DNA of 64,000 nt, taken from contig JAUQPU010000001.1 of NCBI GenBank assembly GCA_030550235.1, forward strand, positions 381,068 through 445,067. Reading direction: 5' to 3'. The notes under the pieces are model-generated. The model was not told the origin of the DNA. It worked only from the letters and a program-made list of their open reading frames with translations, and made no database searches. This DNA is from Thermoproteota archaeon (GTDB lineage Archaea > Thermoproteota > Nitrososphaeria_A > Caldarchaeales > Calditenuaceae). Made by a program: the position numbers and the translations under genes. Below are positions 20,106-28,962 of this stretch, one piece after another. Each line of letters begins with the position of its first letter. Within the stretch, counting starts at the first letter, position 1.

Positions 20106-20651
20106 TTGCCCATAAATGCGAGGCTGGCTGTCCTAGTTCTCTCACTTATAATCGCCACATCCACAGCTACACTAGTCTACATAAACATCGTCGCATATCC
20201 TGAGGGCCCTAGTAGGTCGGTATGCACCCCTACCCGGCTAGGTAATTATCTCTTTGAGGCGTATATTTTCCCAGCATCCCCCAAAGTTGGAGAGGAGTTC
20301 CAAATAACCGCGACTATCCAAGGAGCGGAAACAAGTCCAACACCCTTAAACATCACAATGATGTTGCTTAGGCCGGGTAGTCTCTCTGTTATTTTAGGCC
20401 CTGATCCGGCTCCTCTCGGCATAAAGACATGGAATTATAAGATACCCGAGGCTGGTCTTTACGATGTGTACTTTATAGTCACTGACCCGGGGGGCTCTCG
20501 TCAGATAAGGGGCAGGATACAGATATTGTCAGAGAATGAAGCCTCACTCTACTCTATCATAAGGATTTTATCATACGCCTCCCTATGGATAGGTGTACCC
20601 CTTCTCCTAGCTGTAATTGTTTTCTCCAAGATGGGACAGGGGCATGAATAG
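20106..20651 (+). CDS. Hypothetical membrane-anchored extracytoplasmic protein
   Basis: 181 aa; N-terminal signal/TM helix, beta-rich middle, C-terminal TM helix; divergent from bc-complex operon; no metal-ligand motifs recognised. Confidence 0.45.
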   Translation: MPINARLAVLVLSLIIATSTATLVYINIVAYPEGPSRSVCTPTRLGNYLFEAYIFPASPKVGEEFQITATIQGAETSPTPLNITMMLLRPGSLSVILGPDPAPLGIKTWNYKIPEAGLYDVYFIVTDPGGSRQIRGRIQILSENEASLYSIIRILSYASLWIGVPLLLAVIVFSKMGQGHE

Positions 20652-20695
20652 CCCGCGAATGATATATCGCATACCACCTCCTCTTTCAGTCTGTA

Positions 20696-21325
20696 ATGCC
20701 GGAGCAGATTATGTCGGTCATAATGTGTGGAGGGAGGGGGAGGAGGATGGGGGGCCGTGAGAAGCCGCTAGTCGAGGTTTTGGGAAAGCCTCTCATCAAA
20801 TACGCTATCGAGGCAGTGGAAGGTTGTCAGGAAATAACCGGCCTCGACTTCGTTACGAGCATAAACACTCCCCTAACAACGAGATTCCTGAGACAGATGG
20901 GTTATGAGCCATTCATAGGCTCCGGCGGGGGTTTTCTAAATGACCTCTCTGAGTACCTAGCGAAAAAAGGTGAGGGCTCATATCTCGTAGTTTCCTGTGA
21001 TGTTCCTACGATGACTACATACCACATACAGGAGGCCCTGAGGATTTCTCAGAGACATGGGGAGGAATATCTGATGTATGTACTACCTCTTGAGAGTGTT
21101 AGGGGGTTATCGAAAAATCCCACAATCATCGAGCGAGGAGGTGTCCACTTCCAACCAGCCGGGCTCAGGCTAATCAGAAAAAAGTCGGTAGGGCCTCAGA
21201 ACCACTCCAACCCAAAGCTGGTGGTTCTACACTTCAGAGAGCTTGGAATGAACGTAAACACGCTCGACGACATCAAGGCCGCAGAGTCTTATCTAAAGGC
21301 GTTGAGAGATTTGGCGAAGAGTTAA
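20696..21325 (+). CDS. MobA-like NTP transferase, CobY-like (adenosylcobinamide-phosphate guanylyltransferase type); likely start at 20711
   Basis: 209 aa; IMCGGRGRRMGG.EKPL motif of CobY/MobA nucleotidyltransferases. Confidence 0.6.
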   Translation: MPEQIMSVIMCGGRGRRMGGREKPLVEVLGKPLIKYAIEAVEGCQEITGLDFVTSINTPLTTRFLRQMGYEPFIGSGGGFLNDLSEYLAKKGEGSYLVVSCDVPTMTTYHIQEALRISQRHGEEYLMYVLPLESVRGLSKNPTIIERGGVHFQPAGLRLIRKKSVGPQNHSNPKLVVLHFRELGMNVNTLDDIKAAESYLKALRDLAKS

Positions 21326-21347
21326 ATCATCAACCAGAGAGAAAAAA

Positions 21348-21986
21348 GTGGATATGGGCTGCGATGCCGAGCAATTTATGCAGATAATTGAGAGTAGGAG
21401 CTCTTCAAAGCTGTTAACGCCCGGACCTGTAGATTTTTCCAAAATATTGCGGGCGCTTATGGTCGCCATATCTTCCCCCAGCGCACACAACTCACAGCCC
21501 TGGCGGCTCGTAATCATAGATGATAGAGAGATTATGGAGAGGCTTCTTGGAGAGATGGCCTCAGAGTGGAGGCGCGACCTAATGGCTGATGGGCTACCTG
21601 ACTGGAAAGTGGATGTGATAATAGAGGAGTCTAAGAAGAGAACTTTGAGGGCATCGATATGGATTCTCGTGTGCTTAACCATGGAGGATATGGACAGGTA
21701 TCCAGACGAGAGGAGGATGAAGTATGAATATGTGATGGCCGTCCAATCCATAGGAGCCTTCATAGAGAACCTACTACTAGCGCTACACGCGCAGGGCTTG
21801 GGGGCCTGCTGGCGCTGCGGCCCACTCTTCGCACCAGATGCTGTTCGTAAAGTCCTAGGAATCCCAAGGCATGTGGAGCCCCAAGCCCTGGTCGAGATCG
21901 CCCACCCCGGCGGGATACGCTCAAAGACTCGAAAAACACTCAAAGAAATTGCTTGGAAGAACAGGTGGGGTGAACCCCTATCATAA
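21348..21986 (+). CDS. Nitroreductase-family flavoprotein (FbiB C-terminal domain/BluB-like)
   Basis: 212 aa; nitroreductase fold motifs (SAHNSQPW...) ; sits between NTP transferase and CofD. Confidence 0.7.
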   Translation: MDMGCDAEQFMQIIESRSSSKLLTPGPVDFSKILRALMVAISSPSAHNSQPWRLVIIDDREIMERLLGEMASEWRRDLMADGLPDWKVDVIIEESKKRTLRASIWILVCLTMEDMDRYPDERRMKYEYVMAVQSIGAFIENLLLALHAQGLGACWRCGPLFAPDAVRKVLGIPRHVEPQALVEIAHPGGIRSKTRKTLKEIAWKNRWGEPLS

Positions 21987-22912
21987 CCATACTCTCAGGA
22001 GGAGTAGGTGGTGCCAGATTTGCAGCGGGAGTCCTTCACGAGTCACATGAGGATGAGGAGATCATAGTCATTGTTAACACTGCTGACGACGACGTCTTCT
22101 ACGGACTCCACGTCTCACCCGACATTGACACAGTACTCTACACCCTCTCGGGCATTGGTGACTGGGCCCGCGGATGGGGCGTGAAGGACGACACATTCAA
22201 CTGTAACGAGATGCTAGGCAGGCTGGGAGTCGAGAACTGGTTCAAGATTGGGGACAAGGACTTAGCGCTGAACCTGCTCAGGACAAGCCTCCTTGCCCAG
22301 GGGTCTAAGCTATCACAGGCAGTCGAGAAACTCAGAAAAGCCTTGGGAGTGAGGGCTAGGATACTGCCCATGACAGATGACCCGGTAAGAACTATAATCG
22401 AGACTGACAAGGGCACGTTACGATTCCAAGAATATTTCGTCAAACATGGATACCAGCTCGAGATAAGGGGAATAAGGTTTGCTGGTATAGATGATTCTGA
22501 ACCACTCCCAGAAGCACTCCAGGCGATTCAGGAGTCAGACGTAGTTGCCATAGCTCCCAGTAACCCCATAGTCAGCATAGGGCCGATACTGGCTCTGAGA
22601 GGAGTGAGAGATGCTATGCGCAGAAGCCGTGCTACGAGACTAGCGGTAAGCCCCATAGTCGGCGGCAGGACAATAAAAGGGCCGGCAGATAAGATGCTTC
22701 AGGCACTTGGGATAGAGCCCACAGCCTATGGAGTCTACAAAATGTACAGGGATATAATCGATGTGATGGTTATCGATAAAGCAGACGAGAAGGAAGCTGA
22801 GAGAATAGAAGCAGAGGGTAAACAATGTTTCGTCCTTAACACCATCATGAATACACTCCAAGATGCACGAACGCTTGCCTCACAGATACTCTCGAAAATT
22901 AGAAGAGAGTGA
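21983..22912 (+). CDS. cofD: 2-phospho-L-lactate transferase CofD (F420 biosynthesis); start codon uncertain (no ATG/GTG/TTG before the conserved LSGGVGGARF motif)
   Basis: Frame +2 translation from 21983 gives ITILSGGVGGARFAAGVL..., the N-terminal glycine-rich signature of CofD/UPF0052; rest of ORF (22181-22912) matches CofD. Confidence 0.7.
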   Translation: MTILSGGVGGARFAAGVLHESHEDEEIIVIVNTADDDVFYGLHVSPDIDTVLYTLSGIGDWARGWGVKDDTFNCNEMLGRLGVENWFKIGDKDLALNLLRTSLLAQGSKLSQAVEKLRKALGVRARILPMTDDPVRTIIETDKGTLRFQEYFVKHGYQLEIRGIRFAGIDDSEPLPEALQAIQESDVVAIAPSNPIVSIGPILALRGVRDAMRRSRATRLAVSPIVGGRTIKGPADKMLQALGIEPTAYGVYKMYRDIIDVMVIDKADEKEAERIEAEGKQCFVLNTIMNTLQDARTLASQILSKIRRE

Positions 22913-23007
22913 AGGCTGGGCGTTATAAGCAGATATGCGTCATCACGAAGCATATACACGCATTTTCATGACAATGTTTATACACCGGTGCGTGAAAGAA
23001 GCGGGGG

Positions 23008-24090
23008 ATGGATAAGTCTGAGATAGATACACCTGCCCTGATAGTTGATTTAGATGTCATGATGAGGAACATTAGGGAGATGGCTAAGCTTGCGAGGGAG
23101 AGAGATGTGAAACTGAGGCCCCACGTAAAGACCCACAAGGTTCCCGAGATAGCGAAGATACAGGTTGAGGAGGGCGGGAGAGGCATCTGCGTACAGAAGC
23201 TTGGCGAGGCAGAGGTAATGGCGGCAAACGGCCTAAACGATATCTTCATAACGAACGAGGTTGTCGGCCAAGTTAAACTGTCTAGACTTGCGAGGCTAAG
23301 AGAGCAGGTAGACGTGTATGTCGCCGTCGACCATCCTGACAACGTTTCAGACCTGTCTAGAACTATGAGAGAGCAGGGGCTTGAGCTTGGAGTTTACGTG
23401 GATGTGGACTCTGGAATGCATAGGACTGGAGTTCCGCCTGAGAAGGCTCCAGAACTAGCCGAAGCAGTCTCCAAAAGTGAGGGGTTATACCTGGTCGGCA
23501 TAATGGCTTATGAGGGACATGCAGGCGGCCCCATAAATAGGGAAGAGCGGATATCGCTTATAAACAAGGCTATGGAGCAGACACTCCTAGCCGTAAGGCT
23601 CATCCGTCAAAGAGGCATCGAGGTAGGTGAGGTGAGCGTCGGGTCCTCCGCTACAGTCAGATATAGCAGCACATTTGAAGGGATAACCGAAATACAGCCA
23701 GGCATGTATGTTTTTAACGACTATTATCTAGTCGAGAGGGAAGCGGCGACAATCGACACCTGTGCATTACATGTGCTCGCAACTGTAATGAGCAGGCCCT
23801 CTCCGGAGAGAGGAGTTGTAGACGCAGGCTCTAAGACATTCCACTTCGACATGAACAGGTATCCTATAGCCGTAGGAATAGAGGGTGTGGAGATTGTCAA
23901 ATTCTCAGAGGAGCACGGCTGGCTAATACTTAGGGGCCAAGCCCAAGAGAAGATCAAGTTAGGCGACAGACTCGAGTTCATCCCATATCACGTATGCCCC
24001 TGCGTAAACCAATTCGACATACTTTATGGGCTCAGAAGAGACAAAGTAGAGAAAAGTTGGACAATCGCGGCCAGAGGCAAAGTCACCTAA
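23008..24090 (+). CDS. PLP-dependent alanine racemase-fold enzyme, DSD1/D-threonine aldolase family
   Basis: 360 aa; N-terminal alanine-racemase TIM barrel with PLP-lysine motif (HVKTHK) and C-terminal DSD1 domain. Confidence 0.7.
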   Translation: MDKSEIDTPALIVDLDVMMRNIREMAKLARERDVKLRPHVKTHKVPEIAKIQVEEGGRGICVQKLGEAEVMAANGLNDIFITNEVVGQVKLSRLARLREQVDVYVAVDHPDNVSDLSRTMREQGLELGVYVDVDSGMHRTGVPPEKAPELAEAVSKSEGLYLVGIMAYEGHAGGPINREERISLINKAMEQTLLAVRLIRQRGIEVGEVSVGSSATVRYSSTFEGITEIQPGMYVFNDYYLVEREAATIDTCALHVLATVMSRPSPERGVVDAGSKTFHFDMNRYPIAVGIEGVEIVKFSEEHGWLILRGQAQEKIKLGDRLEFIPYHVCPCVNQFDILYGLRRDKVEKSWTIAARGKVT

Positions 24091-24114
24091 AGGCGAAAGC
24101 CAAAGATAGGCGAT

Positions 24115-25110
24115 TCAAATCTCTCTAAAATAGGGAATTATTTCCTTGCTGAAAGCCAATATTGTTCTTTCAGGAGAAGCACTAAAGTCAGTAAAAATAA
24201 GATGTGTAGTTCCAATTTTCCGGTATCTATCAATGACATCAATAAGCCCGTCAGCCTTTCTCGATATGTAATAATTCTGTAGTATCTGTTCATCGGTAAT
24301 CTGCTTGGCTGAATCCTCAATCTTCATGGGATCAGGTTCATTGAAGTTTTCCGCAATCAATGTTCCTGCATGATATTTTCTTATTTTCTTGATAGCGGCT
24401 TTTGCGTCACCTAACGCGCCCTCTATTAGCACAACCTTTTCCATTCTCCTAACATCTTTGTTAGACTCTCTAGCGGCTTGCTCGAAGGCGGGGAAGATAA
24501 AGTCTCTACATCTCTCCACAGTGCCATATGTCATTAGGTGGTCTCCATACATTCCAGCATAAGTAGCAGCCTTGGGGCCCCCTGCCGAGAAAAAGATGGG
24601 AACATGGCCCTTAGGCTTCACGTAAAGAAAAGCCTTAGACATTTTGAAGTATTTTCCATTAAAGTCGAAGGGTATCTGCTCTTTGAATAGACGCCTTATA
24701 AACGAGACAGCTTCTGCCAGCCTCTCGATCCTCTCTTTCCAGGATGGCCAGTAGCCCAGAAATCTCTCCTCGTTGATCGCTTCCCCCGAGCCCACTCCCA
24801 AATAGATACGGCCGGGATACATGGATGATAGCGTCCCCACCGCCTGTGCCACTATTGCTGGATGATAGCGTCCCCCTATTGGTACTGTCACATCAACGCC
24901 AAGCGGTATTCTCCTCGTCCTCTCAGCCGCTGCTGCCAGAACGGACCAGACGAAGAAACTATGCTTGAAAGAGTGATGCCATGGATAGATGTGGTCGCCA
25001 AACCACAATGAATCGAACCCAGCTTTTTCGCATGCTCGTAGAAAAGGCATAGAGTATTTATCATCCATCCAGAATGAGACGTCTAGCCCTAACTTGAACC
25101 TACTAACCAT
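24115..25110 (-). CDS. LLM-class (luciferase-like) flavin/F420-dependent oxidoreductase
   Basis: 331 aa; bacterial-luciferase TIM-barrel family motifs (GLDV......GFDSLWFGDH). Confidence 0.8.
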   Translation of the reverse strand: MVSRFKLGLDVSFWMDDKYSMPFLRACEKAGFDSLWFGDHIYPWHHSFKHSFFVWSVLAAAAERTRRIPLGVDVTVPIGGRYHPAIVAQAVGTLSSMYPGRIYLGVGSGEAINEERFLGYWPSWKERIERLAEAVSFIRRLFKEQIPFDFNGKYFKMSKAFLYVKPKGHVPIFFSAGGPKAATYAGMYGDHLMTYGTVERCRDFIFPAFEQAARESNKDVRRMEKVVLIEGALGDAKAAIKKIRKYHAGTLIAENFNEPDPMKIEDSAKQITDEQILQNYYISRKADGLIDVIDRYRKIGTTHLIFTDFSASPERTILAFSKEIIPYFREI

Positions 25111-25336
25111 AATACGCCTTAAAATCTGCAGCGTCGCTGAGTTAAAAAGTTAACCCTGCAGAGATTTTACTGAACCAGGTCAGATCCATCTAAGGGCAGG
25201 ACTCCGAGATTGATCGGGAAAAAATCTTCTGTGAAAAGCATCATTATCCGCATTCTGTTTGAAGGGATATGGACTATCTTTCAAAATGATGAGGATGGTG
25301 GGACCGCGTATGTCACGTGGATTAAACATTTAAGAT

Positions 25337-26422
25337 ATGGTGTGTTTCTTGGATAAGCGTGAATTGGTCTTGAGTTTTAATCCTCCCCTGATAGATCTGC
25401 ACCAGGATATCTCCCTTTATTATGTGCTTGGAGGCTATGGGTTGAAGTTTAAGCCGGAGAGTTTTGAAGTCGACCTACAGGGCAGGCATGGCGATATTCC
25501 GAAATTCAAGCGGGCTAATGTTAGGGTAGTCTTCTCCTCGATAGCCCATATCATCCCCACACAGAATCAATTCAGGCTCAGACAACAGGTTTCTGGATAT
25601 GGCGTGAAAGTAGGGGCTATGAGGATACGTTCACCCACGATGATAACATTGGAGCACATCAAAACATACTATAACTTACTAACTACCCACAGGGATGATT
25701 TAGCACTCTTAGGAGACCCGTCAGACCTTCAACAAGTGGAGAGAAAAGGGAAGACATGGTTTCTGATAGCCATCGAGGGGGCGGAGCCACTTGAGGATAT
25801 CGAGGACCTTGACCTATTCTACATGCTGGGTGTAAGGTCTTTACAGATAACATGGAACTTTGATAACAAGTATGCCGCGACATGCATGTCGAAGAGAGAC
25901 TATGGCTTGACAGGGGATGGCGAGGAGCTTATTGAGAGATGTAATGAGCTTGGCGTAATCATTGACCTAGCACATGCAAGCAAAAAAAGCACAATCGAGG
26001 CATTGGAGTTATCGAGGTTGCCAGCTATTGTGAGTCACGCCAATGCATCCTCTGTCCACCGGCATGTTAGGAATCTTGATGATGATGAGTTGGACGCTTT
26101 GAGAAAGAATGGGGGGGTGGTGGGTGTCACGATGATAGAGCCGACTCTAGGAGGTGCTGCAGATGTGAAGCGAGTGGCTGATCACATTATGTACATTTTT
26201 GAGAATTTTGGCAAGAATTTAGTCGCAATAGGAACAGACTTTTTCGGGATTATGCATGTAGACGAGCCTAAAGGTTTGGAGGATGTTACAAAGTTTGGCA
26301 ACCTATGGTCTGAGCTCCTCTCCCGCGGGCTGACAAGAGAGGATATCGAATTGATCGCGTATAGGAATGCTTTAAGAGTTATTATGGCGAACAGTGCAAG
26401 GTGGAAGCCTAGGATCTTTTAA
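25337..26422 (+). CDS. Membrane dipeptidase, peptidase family M19
   Basis: 361 aa; IDLHQD (IDGHNDLP-like) and DLAHAS motifs of renal dipeptidase family. Confidence 0.7.
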   Translation: MVCFLDKRELVLSFNPPLIDLHQDISLYYVLGGYGLKFKPESFEVDLQGRHGDIPKFKRANVRVVFSSIAHIIPTQNQFRLRQQVSGYGVKVGAMRIRSPTMITLEHIKTYYNLLTTHRDDLALLGDPSDLQQVERKGKTWFLIAIEGAEPLEDIEDLDLFYMLGVRSLQITWNFDNKYAATCMSKRDYGLTGDGEELIERCNELGVIIDLAHASKKSTIEALELSRLPAIVSHANASSVHRHVRNLDDDELDALRKNGGVVGVTMIEPTLGGAADVKRVADHIMYIFENFGKNLVAIGTDFFGIMHVDEPKGLEDVTKFGNLWSELLSRGLTREDIELIAYRNALRVIMANSARWKPRIF

Positions 26423-26559
26423 ACACCTTCTGCTACGCCCAGACATTTATAACAATGCACCTACCATATCATATTGTCAGTATTTTCTGGGTCATGGTTA
26501 ATGGAGGCTCCTAATGCTTTTCCATCTCGAACACCCAGATATGTGGTATTCACAATGTC

Positions 26560-26633
26560 TGGGCCCGGTGGGATTCGAACCCACGACCTACCGGTTATGA
26601 GCCGGCCGCTCCACCTGGCTGAGCTACGGGCCC
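26560..26633 (-). tRNA. tRNA-Met (anticodon CAU), elongator type
   Basis: Reverse complement folds as cloverleaf: acceptor GGGCCCG/CGGGCCC, D arm GCUC-AGCCAGGU-GAGC, anticodon arm GCCGG-CUCAUAA-CCGGU, T arm GUGGG-UUCGAAU-CCCAC; TATA-like box about 30 nt upstream on minus strand. Confidence 0.85.
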
Positions 26634-26746
26634 GACCTAATCGCCCCTTTTCAGCTATATTTTCTATCTGGGGGAAATTTAAGGTATCTCGTATGGTGGC
26701 GAGATAAAGCTTTAGTTGTGGACACATCTTTTGCAGGGGGGCGATT

Positions 26747-28480
26747 ATGAGTCGGGAGGAGAAGAGGGTTGAGGTAGCCTCCATTTTAAAGGCTGTCTCA
26801 TCTCCTATAAGGCTCTCAATAATTGAGGCATTGAATACGTCGCAGATGAACTTCTCCGAACTGATAAAATATACCGGGTTAAGCGAGCAGAGCGAGGTTG
26901 GGAAATTTACATACCATCTTAAGACGCTGTTGAGAGCCGGACTAGTCGAGTATTCTAGCAGATCACGGGTATACTCTTTGACGCCCCTCGGCAGTGTCAT
27001 GGTTGAGATTATACATGGTCTTCACCGAAGAACCACATCAAATGGCCTGATCGCTCTGGGCTGGGACTATTATCCTGAGCAGTTCAACAGGAATATAATA
27101 GCTGAGTACGCTGTAGAGGCGGTTCGCATCCCCATAGACTTGGCCCGGCGGGTCAGTATTCTCATCGAGAAAAGGCTTGAAGAGCTTCAGGCAAATATCA
27201 TCCCTAGGTGGCTTTTAGAGGACTTCTTAAGAGTAGAGCTACTTTTCAGCAACGTAGGTTTGGAGAAGCTTTCAAACATCACACCAGCAGGTCCAACCAT
27301 CCAGGAGCTCTACAAAGTCTTTCGTAGCTCCGTTGAAAAGGGGAGTCGGGAGTTGTTGAATCGCTACATACATGAGACAATGATGAGAAGACTGGTTGTT
27401 GAGAGGTTCTTCCCGGAGATGCTTAGACAACAATATTACCTTGGCGAGATTGATCTACACCCACTAGCGCTAAGCCTAACACATGTCCTCAGCATATCGC
27501 TCGCCAAATATGATGAATCTACTGTAGGCGCGGCCATGAAAATGACGCTCAACGACCTCACCTTCAGGGTAGACACTGAATCAAAACCCAATCTTTCTCC
27601 AGACCCTTGGTTCGGCTTGCCAGAGAATGTATATTTTTTGGTCGAAGACTCGATCCCCGAGATAATAAGTAAATACTATGCAAAAGGGGTGGATGATTCT
27701 GGGCTGGAGGCGGTGCTTAAGAGGGGTTCATGGTCTGACAGGATTAAAATAGGGCTGCCCGCTCGGAAATCCGCCCCCCTCGTCTACTCCTACTATCAAG
27801 GCGCGGAGACCCTCTTTACCCAATATATGATTAGAACATCTGCTGCGAGTGGCTTCGGAATATACTCGATAATTGGTATAAATGCGCTGAGACTGTTAAG
27901 GAGTTGCGGGTTTGAAAAATCTGCGATGCTTCAGGAGATGAATATCATGATTGGGAGACTTAGTAAATATCTGAAGAAATGCGTCCAATATCTTCATACA
28001 TTCCACGAATACTCCTCCAAGATACAGATGTTCTATCTTCTAGCTCCTATAGGATTAGTTGAGGCTCTAAAATCTATCCCAGATGGTCTGGAAGGGGAGA
28101 ATAAATATAACCTATTGTTCCAGGTCGTGGAGTCTCTTGTGGAAGCGGCGAATAGTATTCCAACTCTACGGGGAAGGGTCATTGTGGCCTCATACTGGCC
28201 AAGCAGGCTATCGGCCAGGCTCTACTCCATCGACAGAGTGATGCTCGTCGGTGGACCCTCAACATCCTCAGAAGCTTTAACACCACTATCCCCCTACTGT
28301 AACAGCCTCTCAGAGCTCTTCTCCTCACTTAATTTAGACCAGATATACAGTCTTGCTCGTCTATTGGGTGGGATAGTAATGAAGGATCAATTCTTGGATA
28401 GGCTGGTTGAGAGGCATGGCAAGGAGCATGTACAGGACCTGCTACAATCACTCCCCATACTCCTAGTCGCATCATTTTAA
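26747..28480 (+). CDS. Large protein with N-terminal ArsR-type winged-HTH fused to an about 480-aa alpha-helical domain of unknown function
   Basis: 577 aa; residues 1-90 match the ArsR/SmtB-like wHTH pattern (SSPIRLSIIEAL...FSEL......S....FTYHLK.L...GLVE); remainder has no recognised motifs. Confidence 0.55.
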   Translation: MSREEKRVEVASILKAVSSPIRLSIIEALNTSQMNFSELIKYTGLSEQSEVGKFTYHLKTLLRAGLVEYSSRSRVYSLTPLGSVMVEIIHGLHRRTTSNGLIALGWDYYPEQFNRNIIAEYAVEAVRIPIDLARRVSILIEKRLEELQANIIPRWLLEDFLRVELLFSNVGLEKLSNITPAGPTIQELYKVFRSSVEKGSRELLNRYIHETMMRRLVVERFFPEMLRQQYYLGEIDLHPLALSLTHVLSISLAKYDESTVGAAMKMTLNDLTFRVDTESKPNLSPDPWFGLPENVYFLVEDSIPEIISKYYAKGVDDSGLEAVLKRGSWSDRIKIGLPARKSAPLVYSYYQGAETLFTQYMIRTSAASGFGIYSIIGINALRLLRSCGFEKSAMLQEMNIMIGRLSKYLKKCVQYLHTFHEYSSKIQMFYLLAPIGLVEALKSIPDGLEGENKYNLLFQVVESLVEAANSIPTLRGRVIVASYWPSRLSARLYSIDRVMLVGGPSTSSEALTPLSPYCNSLSELFSSLNLDQIYSLARLLGGIVMKDQFLDRLVERHGKEHVQDLLQSLPILLVASF

Positions 28481-28486
28481 AGCAGC

Positions 28487-28882
28487 CTAGGATCTCTGAG
28501 CTCTGAGATTCATAATTGCGCGGGCCAGGTCACCCCCACTCTCTATGAGGGCTTTTCTGGCCTCCTCCGCCTCAACACCAGCCTGGGCTGCAACAAGGGC
28601 TACATCCTCGGGGCTCGGCTCATATTTAGGCAATTCAGCCTCTTTTTGCTCCAGACTCTCAACCTCCTCGCCACCAACGATCTGATAGATTTTACCTGCT
28701 TGCGAGTTTATGGCCACGACAGTAGGCCTATTTATCTTGATTGTCCTGTCTTCGAGCTCTATCGTTACCTCCTTTGCCGAGCCCAGCTCCTCCATCGAGA
28801 CCCCCAGACTACCCAGCATTCTCTCCTGCATCCTCCTTAACTCACGTGGACTAAGCCTTCTCACTTCTACTGCGACATACAT
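28487..28882 (-). CDS. nac: Nascent polypeptide-associated complex protein (NAC alpha homolog)
   Basis: 131 aa; NAC domain plus C-terminal UBA-like region (EEDVALVAAQAGVEAEEARKALIESGGDLARAIMNL). Confidence 0.85.
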   Translation of the reverse strand: MYVAVEVRRLSPRELRRMQERMLGSLGVSMEELGSAKEVTIELEDRTIKINRPTVVAINSQAGKIYQIVGGEEVESLEQKEAELPKYEPSPEDVALVAAQAGVEAEEARKALIESGGDLARAIMNLRAQRS

Positions 28883-28962
28883 TTTTCATGGCCATGATTT
28901 ATGGTTTTTAGCTCGGGAGAAGGAAACTTTTATCAACCTTGTAGTGATAATAAGCTAGTGGG

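Noticed and set aside
20106-20651. Cupredoxin (sulfocyanin-like) identity for the membrane-anchored protein divergent from the bc operon
   Set aside because: Only one cysteine and no H...C...H...M ligand set; copper-site motifs absent.
25111-25336. C/D box sRNA candidate (AUGAUGA at about 25282) in the divergent intergenic region
   Set aside because: No D box (CUGA) at appropriate spacing downstream and no C'/D' pair; motif likely fortuitous within promoter DNA.
26423-28480. Mobile element integrated at tRNA-Met
   Set aside because: No integrase or recombinase, no direct repeat of the tRNA 3' end, and the flanking genes (dipeptidase, NAC) are core genes; only a single unusual gene lies next to the tRNA.
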